Below, piece after piece: positions 50,801 to 59,800 of a stretch of 64,000 nt of DNA. The notes beneath the pieces are model-generated. The model made no database searches and had not been told where the DNA came from. It was given only the letters and a program-made list of their open reading frames with translations. Source of the DNA: Malacoraja senta (lineage: Eukaryota); NCBI GenBank assembly GCA_038087875.1, contig CM075998.1, positions 2,294,001 to 2,358,000 on the forward strand. Reading direction: 5' to 3'. Every line of letters starts with the position of its first letter. The first letter of the stretch is position 1. Both the position numbers and the translations under genes were made by a program.

Positions 50801-53800
50801 GAAGGGTTTTGGCCCGAAACGTTGCCTATTTCCTTCGCTCCATAGATGCTGCCTCACCCGCTGAGTTTCTCCAGCACTTTTGTCTTATTTTTCTTTTGCC
50901 CATTTCTAAGATTCTGTGGTTTCATCAGCTTTCCTCTGTTACATATTTAGAAGCTACTTGAAAGGAAAGGCATTGTTATATGGGCCACATTCAGTAGTCT
51001 AGGGAATCTCAAATTGGGAAAGAATATTTTACACAATCTAAGGTTGTCAACAGTTCTGCGCAAAATGAACATCGCTAATGTTCAATTTTCACTCCGGTTA
51101 AACGCAGTGAAGTTAGACAGTGGGAAAAACTGGCTTGCACAAAAATACATTTTATATTGCTGAAACTGGCACCTTACTAGAACGGGCATAAATAAAGCCA
51201 CAGGTTCTGCCGTCACATTAAAGGGACAGGAATGGAAATGCAGCTGCATGCATTTGAGCTGAATTTCAGAGGCGCAAACTATAACCACATCGCTGACCCA
51301 AATCTGCAGCTACTTCTAAATCGTCAACATTGTGTCACTCCTTGTGAATGAAGTCAGAGTTGAATTGGTTGAGCAAGCTGGATCATGTAATAACCATTGA
51401 AAACAGAAGCAACAGCCTCTGTCAAACTGATGCAAGATCTGAAATGTTTCAATGTTATTGAGGGATTCATTGCTTGCAATGATCAGGTTTGGCACATATG
51501 CTTTAAACCTTGATTTTGTTTTAAGGAAATGTATTTGCGCGCAACATCACCATATTACATAAATAAGACAAGGCTACATGCCTTGGTAAATTGGTTTTAG
51601 ATGTGATATTTTTAAAAGTTCCCATTCAGGGGAGCTTTACATGCTGAAAGCATATTGGCAGAAATTTAGAGTTGCTTCTCATTCAAGGCTCCCTTGATTT
51701 TCTGCCCATTCATTTTATTGGGCACAAAATCACCGTGGACTGTGAATTAGGCAATAACTAAATCAATGTCTGCACCAGGGGCCTAGTGCCATAAAGGCAA
51801 ACATTTGTCTTCATTGTTGTAAAAAAAAATTGCCCCACCCTTTTGTTGCCTTGTTGTTGAGTCTGTCTGTCTGTTGCCTGCTGTAGATGCCCATTAAATG
51901 GATGGCACTAGAGAGCATTCACTTTAGAAGATACACCCACCAAAGTGATGTGTGGAGTTATGGTGAGTTATATACCTATGGAAGCATTTTTTTATTTATT
52001 AAAAGTGCAGTACAGCATTATTTCATATTTAAACAAAATTGATGCAAAAATACTTCATTTCTGCAGTTAAGCAACATTTCTGGTGGGATAGGGGGAGGAG
52101 ATGTTGGAAATGTTGAAGAGGCAGTATAGACCTTAATGATGTCCCGAATAATTTATTCGTTTTCTGAGGGAGCAGAGAGAATATGACAGAAATGTGTCTT
52201 ACTTCAACTTTGTTAAATTGGCCTCAGAAAAAGGACTTGCTATCAAACTGTTGTTGGCCGATTGGAGTCAAAGGATCTGTGCAGTGTGGAAGGGATGATT
52301 GGGCGAGAGGGATCAGTGTTAGGACTGTTTTGCCATTTTCAAATAACATGTTGATATTTTAGTTCAGTCAGGAGATGCCCGCAAAACAACAGGGTGGTTT
52401 ATAAGGTCAAAGAAATGGGCACAACCAGGGAACATTGTTTGGGAAGGCAACATTTGGCTGGTGCTATATTATGTAATTTAGTATAAACTCCTCCACTTGT
52501 TGATACAACATAATTAGATGCATTACAAGACTAATGGGAAAATATTGACACAAATGAATCGGGAGAGGGATCTGGGATTTGTTATGAAAATCTGACATTA
52601 GAGATGTGTTCATGGGTTACCACACGTATGTCTTGGAGAAAGTATGTGGGAGAAGAGGGAAGTATAGACTGGAAATTGCTGATGGCTTAAACCAAACATC
52701 TGTGATTTTGGATTATTACTGAGTTAATATGTCATGTCGAAAGGTGTCCATTTGCTGTCTGCTTCTCGAAAACTGTGATTGGACGTTATTCAGCAGAACA
52801 TGTATTGTTATTCGGATTCCTGTGCAAAATGTTGTGCTCTTTGGAAATAGACACAAATATTCTTGTGTTACCATTAGAATCATTATCACGAAAATCATTG
52901 GGATCTTAAAAAGAAGCTTTAATTGTGTGGTACAATTCCTCCCCACCCCAGTGTCAACTGCAACACATTTGTTTGCTTTGCACTGTAAAGAAAACATGTC
53001 GACCAGATAAAGTCTGGCAAAGCCATCGTGGACCAGGAAGTGTAAGGGACAATGAATTTGTTGCTAACCCATAATGCAGCAAGTAGAACTAGTGCTTCAG
53101 ATGCAGATTTAAGGTAAATTCCAATCTCTGCCATTTCTTAAAGCTGTAATCTGTACTGAAGAGTAACTGAAGAAAAAACACCACCTTCAATACTGTCCTG
53201 CAATTTCCTCATTTGGAAACCTATTCCCATTCTTTACTGGCTTTTGTCAATATGCTAAAGAATTCTAAATAAACATAAGCACAAAACCAGCGTTGTTTAT
53301 TTCTTTCAAACATTGTGCATTTACAGACACCTAGTTCAGCACTGAAGTGCAGTACGGTGGGAGTGCTGCACTTACACTTGTGCTGTCTTTCAGATGATCT
53401 GTTAAACCAAGATGTTATCTCCTTCGCAAGTGGATGCAAATAATCCAATGCCTCTATTTTGAAGAAGGCCGAGGGAGTTCCAGGCCAGCATTGTTCCTTA
53501 ACATCTGAAAAAACTCCAGCAGATTACTTATCATTATCGTATTGCAATTTGTGGGAGTTTGCTGTGCGCAAATTGTCTGCTGTATTAAGCAACATTATAG
53601 TACCAACAATACAAAATGACTTTTTTTGTCCGCTAAACACTTTGGGATAACCTGAGGTGATAATAAGCGCTACAGAAATGCAAGCCTCTTCTTCTGGTCA
53701 GTGTGAATGTAATTTAACTCTGCACGTGTTTCTGACGTACCTGAAATCATGAGTTCTTCAAATCGATTCTCCTGTTGAATTGTATGATTTCATGAACAAT

Positions 53801-56800
53801 CTGTTGGGAGGCCAGAGATCCTGTGTTGTACACCGTGAAGGCATTACGCCTGCTTCTGTCGGGGTGGGGTGACTGTTGTTGTGGCTGACTAGTCCAGCCT
53901 GCTTACTGTCGATGAACTGGATATGGCACCAGATTGAGACCTTGCCTGTTACCTCTTCTGGGGTCTGTGCAGCTGTGTTTTCTGAAGATGGTGATAAGAA
54001 TGTAGGGTGTAATGAGGATTGGCTTGGTCAGGTATTCCAGCTGTGGCTGTCAGCTCTTCCCTCTAACTGCAATCATCACCTTCAAGCATGACTTTCCATG
54101 CAATACACTTCTGGGATATTGCTACAGTGTGGTATCTCCGAGACCATCACTTAGTGGAATGTTGCAGGACATGGACACTATAATGGAAGACATAAACCTT
54201 TGTTTGTTGACCACTACTCCCACAAAGATCCCCATCCTTGGCGATGAGTTAAGCTGCCTCTTGATTGGGTGCATTCTCTCCTACTGGTGGTTCATGAGTA
54301 TCAAGAATTCACAGCACAGTGATGTAGGAACATGTACATATGACCATTAAGGATATGTGAAAAGTTTATCCTGTGTATGTTCCTTGTACAACTCCAACTA
54401 TAAAATGCTGTATATCTCCTGAGTGTTCCCATTTAAGATTAAAAAAATGTGTCCTTGTTTTATTATGGAGTGACATTATTCCAGCGAATCGTATCCAACT
54501 GTTTATCACCTTCCAGCAGTCAATGAAGAATGTTGTTTGCAGGTGTGTTTGCATGCACTTGTGCACATGAGATAGCACTCATTGTGTGGAGCACATTCCT
54601 GGAACTCTGACATCCTCTTGTCGGTCTTTCCCCACCTCTTGTGGGCTCAGGATGCTGAGTTGCACTGACAGTATCTCCTATGTCTGTGATGCCAGGAGGA
54701 AAGGGATAAGGTGGCGAGGAATGGTCATGAGTCCCATATCGTGTTTCACGCCTTGAACCTTACCAACTGGGCTTCTTGGCATCCAATCATTAAAACTGGT
54801 TATTCTTCCTATATGGCCATCAGTTGCTTAACATTTACAGCCACTGTGGCCTCTCCAGCACAACTGAGTTATGAACTTTACTGCACCTTGTGCATAACTG
54901 GCTGGCTTCTAAGAAAATCTTTTCATACTCCACTAAAATTAGGAGTCTTGAATAAAGCAGTTCCTCAAAAACCCAAGTAATTCTCAATGAAACCTCAATT
55001 GTACCAACAGCAATTTTCAGCTTGTATGTTCGGCGTTGCGCGCATTGCCATTGAAGTGAACTTAAACTAATTTGTCTGTGGCCATAGGAGGTACCAGATT
55101 TTGAGTTTTAAAATATTGTGTGCTCTTTGCAGGTGTCACCATATGGGAGCTGATGACATTTGGCAGTAAACCGTACGAGGGCATTGCTGTTCGTGAGGTC
55201 CCCGGTCTCCTGGAGAAAGGGGAACGTTTGCCACAGCCTCAGATCTGTACCATTGATGTCTACATGGTGATGGTGAAATGTAAGTATGTGACTAAAGACA
55301 AGGGTTTTACTTGCAGAATTTTAGGTGGATTAAGGGATGGTCTGATTGAAGTTTCCAAGATATTAAAGATTTAAAGAGAACTGACTGGGTAGAGTGACCA
55401 CTTCCATTTGTTTGAGAGACTGTCATTAGAAATAAGTGGGCAATAGACTAATAGTTACAGCTTGGCCTTCTGAGGATAATCAGGAAACATTTCTTCAGGC
55501 AACAGACAGTTGAGATTTGGACCTCTCTTGCATAAATAACAATTGATATTAGGTCAGTTGTCAATCATAAATCTAAGACTGAATTTTTTTTTTTTGTTAA
55601 CCAAAGGTATTGTGAGATACGGAGCTAGATTACATGGCAGTTTTGATATCATTGATTAGTGAAACAGCCGCAAGGGAGCAAATTGACTCATCTTGTTTCT
55701 CTATCCCTAACTTTGAAAGCACAGATTCTAGGATTTTTTGTCAAATCAGAATAGACGGTTACTAAATATCGGAGTATTGAATAATAATGCCTTGTATCAT
55801 AGATTGTGACATATCACTTGAAGCTGCATAGAATATATGACAACTTGGGAAACAGCATCAACTTGTTGTCTTCTATGCAGTCTGTAATTGATGAGTAAAA
55901 TGTCCCAAAGAACTTCACAGAAGCTTTATCAAAAATAATTTTGCATCAAACCATAAGAAAATAACACGCACTAAAAAGCGTGGTGAAACAAGTGAATTTA
56001 AAAGTATCTTTGAAGAAGAAAGAGAAACAGGGGTTTAAAGAAGGACTTCCAGAATTTTTCCCAATGATGGAGTGATTGAAATGTTTGAGTTATTTGCTCA
56101 TCAACATTGCTATCCACATCCAAATAGCAGCAACAAGATCCAAACATGAAAGCATATTGATCAGATTATCGGGTGATTCAGTGAGATCTGTTGTAGTTTA
56201 TGTGAGCTGTAGTAATGGAGGTCAAAAAGATTTACTGTGGTAACATGTATTTTGTCTGTGTATAATTATGAAAGCCTTCAATATGTTGTCAAAGATAATG
56301 GGTGCTAACAGGATTGCATGGTATGGATACATCACGGGCCATCTATCCCCATGTGAATGTCCTTAATAGAAAAACGACATGGATTTTAAAAGGCCTTGTG
56401 TAAAATTCCATGCTCTTTCTATTTCCCCCCCTCCCCTTGGATCCTTGGGTTTCAGATCTTGAGACTTTTGACTAAAGATTCATAAAGATTACTGACTTTC
56501 TGAATGAGTTACATGCGAGAATCTGGGTTCCATGATTTGCTTCCCGTCTACCCTCTTCCCTCAATGTTGGGGTGCAACAAAACGTAATTCTCTTCATTTT
56601 TCTAAAACAGGTTGGATGATCGACGAAGACAGTCGCCCAACATTTAAAGAACTTGGTGCAGAATTTTCTCGAATGGCCCGGGATCCAGCTCGATATTTGG
56701 TTATTGAGGTTTGTTTCTGTGATGTCTCTTGAATATGTGGAAATAAGTTTGAGAACAGTCTGTCAGTTGACATGAATATTAAAATTGATGAGCTCCAAAA

Positions 56801-59800
56801 CTAAAATTAGTTCAGAGAATTACATTAAACAAACAGCACGGGGTGGGGGAACACCATTTGACCCAACCCGTCTATTTATACACCACTGGACATTTTCCTC
56901 CTGTAATTCCTGCGAGCATTGTCTTCTAATCTCTGTTTTGTTCATCTCATTTCTCTGTTCAATGCCATTTACCACAATCACTCAATGATAGCAAGCGCCA
57001 CATTCTCACCATTCTCTATTGGATATCCTGCTTTGAATTACAGTAGTGATTTGGGTAGATTTGCCACGGACTGCCTTTGCATTATACCACAACTAAGATG
57101 GAACATTTTATCAGGTTTGCCTATATTCTGATGATTTAACAGTATCATTACCTACTTGAGGATGTCCCTGTTTTGTTGATAGGCTGCCAGCTGTATCGCT
57201 AACCATTCTGTATCTTTCCTTAGGGTGATGACAGGGCTAACAATACATACGTTAGTGACCAAAGGACTCTGCATGAATATGAGGAAGACCTTGTGGATGG
57301 TGATGATCTGGATGAAGATTTGATGGAGACCACACTGGATAACCCACCATCTGGTGTAGTACGGCTGAGGATTGAATCAACCAGGGTATGAAATGGGCGA
57401 ATATTAATCTAGGGTTTTGTGGCAAGAGCAGATTATTTGGGGTGACTTAGTTCCCTTCCGTCTTTCCTAGATATTGATTGCACAAAGCAATCAGTTTGTG
57501 TGATGCGCAGACGTCACTGGCAAGACCAAGCTTTTATTGCCCATTCTCAATATCCTTTGAATCAACCAGCTAGCTGAGAGTGCAGAGTTGTAAGCAAATT
57601 TCTCCTGACATGTTGAGAGAATTAGCTGCTTTCCTCATGGTTTAGTGGGGTAAATGATCAATTTGTTATCGACCAGGAAAAAACGAAATTTGACTTTCCA
57701 GTTGGATGATCTTAGCTGGGATAGTAGTAATGGCTTGGCGCTCCTAAGCAAGGGAGAGAAAAATATCAGCCAGGGTTACGCTTTTGGTATGATCTGAGTA
57801 CCTCTGCTGATAACTGTGTGTGAATGTGGAGTAACTCAGTTCAGCTGCTCAGTTTCCCCATGGTCTCTGGTGAAGGGACATGTTAATAATCTCAGCTAGT
57901 ATGTAAAGAACTGGTTATTTGAATAAGGACCTCAGCTATAGCATCGCAAGAATAATGGAGAGATCAGGGAGAAGACTACTTGCAAATTGTTTGTTGCTTA
58001 TTCCAAAACACAATTGGCTGTGAACCTGGTCCCTTAAACTACACCTTGGATTAGTTACGTACAGCCCCCTAACACCCACTCTCTCCCATCTTTCTTCTCC
58101 CCCTGCCCCCCCTTCAATCAGTCTGAAGAAGTCCCAACTTGAAATTTCACCTATCCATGTTCTTCAGAGTTGCTGCCTGACCTATTTTTTCCTCACACAT
58201 TAACCTGACAGAATTTACTTCACAATTTGTTTGCTAATATCTCAAATGGTCTCCTGATCGACTGGAGGCAATTCGTGTTAAGTGCCCTTCCAAATGTAAT
58301 GCTTGTGTCTCTTTTGCAGAGCAACAGTTTACCAGCTGCGTATATGCCAATGAATGGGATTGGTCAAGATGGCTCTCGGCAGGTGGGTACAAGATGAAGT
58401 CTATTTGGAGACACTAATATCAGCAGCAAAAGTGTCATGTTTTATTTAGATAGTACATAGAAACAATTAAAGATAGTCTCAAAAATAATTGGAATATTCT
58501 TAGTCTTGGTATTTTAAAGGGCAAGTTTGGATAATCTTTGCCCCGATTCTTTGAATGTTTAGTGCAGCTATTGCATTTGTTCACTAATATTAAAAAATAT
58601 ATATTGTAAGCAGCACGCACCATTTAAAAGTCTAACTTTTATGACTGAATTATTTTTTCTGTACCTCGAGTACGGAATACCAGAACAGACCCATTCAATT
58701 GTGGGTATTTGCTGGATCACAGATTGGCATCTATGCAGCTTCGATACACTGCACCCTATACCAACATGCTATTCTGCAGTGTCTCAACAGCAACAAAAAA
58801 AAGGCAGCATTCGAGTTTTGTTGCAGTGTTTCTTGCTTAAAACTGTGCATCGGGAATTTGGTCATCGCAGACAGACTTCCTGTTCAGTCACCTATCCAAT
58901 TCTTCTTTTGGTTCAGTTAGATAAATAATTGAGCCAGAATTGGGGACTCCACCCAGATACTTCATACACTTCTCCTTATACATTCACTTCTGCAATAGGA
59001 ATACAGAAAGAGATCTTAATATGCATAAAGTGGAACTTTAGTGCTGGTAATAACTGTAATTATGGAGATGTGCAAGCAGACTGTAGTACGGTTTAGGGAG
59101 AACTGTAGGCAAGAAAGAACCGAAAGAAAATAAGACCATTGTGGAGCATTGGTGAGAAAGAAAATCTAGTGACATGCTACATTATTTTAAAGTAAGGTCT
59201 AAACCAGGGGTCGGCAACCTGCGGCCCGTAACCCAAAATCATCTGGCCCGCAGGTGGATTTTTTTTCCCAGTAACCATCCGGCCTGCCGAGTGCCCGCCC
59301 CGAATGTGTCCGAGCTCCCGCCCCGAGTGTGGCTGAGTGCTCCGGCTGTACCGCATCCTGCGCAAAGCTGCTGGCACGGCCGCGCACCTTCTGTGAACAC
59401 GTTTAAGAACTGCAGATGCTGGAAAAATCTAAGGTAGACAAAAATGCTGGAGAAACTCAGCGGGTGAGACATGCAAGGATTGCATGAGGCTGCCTCACCC
59501 GCTGAGTTTCCTCAGCATTTTTGTCTACCTTCTGTGAACACGTGATTTGATGCCTGCCATCCGGGGCGGGATGGGGGCGGGACCCATGTGTACACGTGAT
59601 AGATGTGGCCCGCCATCCGCTCAGACATGCGTCCTGGCCCCTATGCAGAACAAGGTTGCCGACCCCTGGTCTAAACTGATCTCCTCAGTCAGGGTCCTCC
59701 TCTAGCATTGAGGCCCTGAAGGAGATCATGAAAAACCCAATAAACATGAAAATTTGACCATGTGCTCATGGTGTAATTATTTACCTCTGACAAAAAGTCC

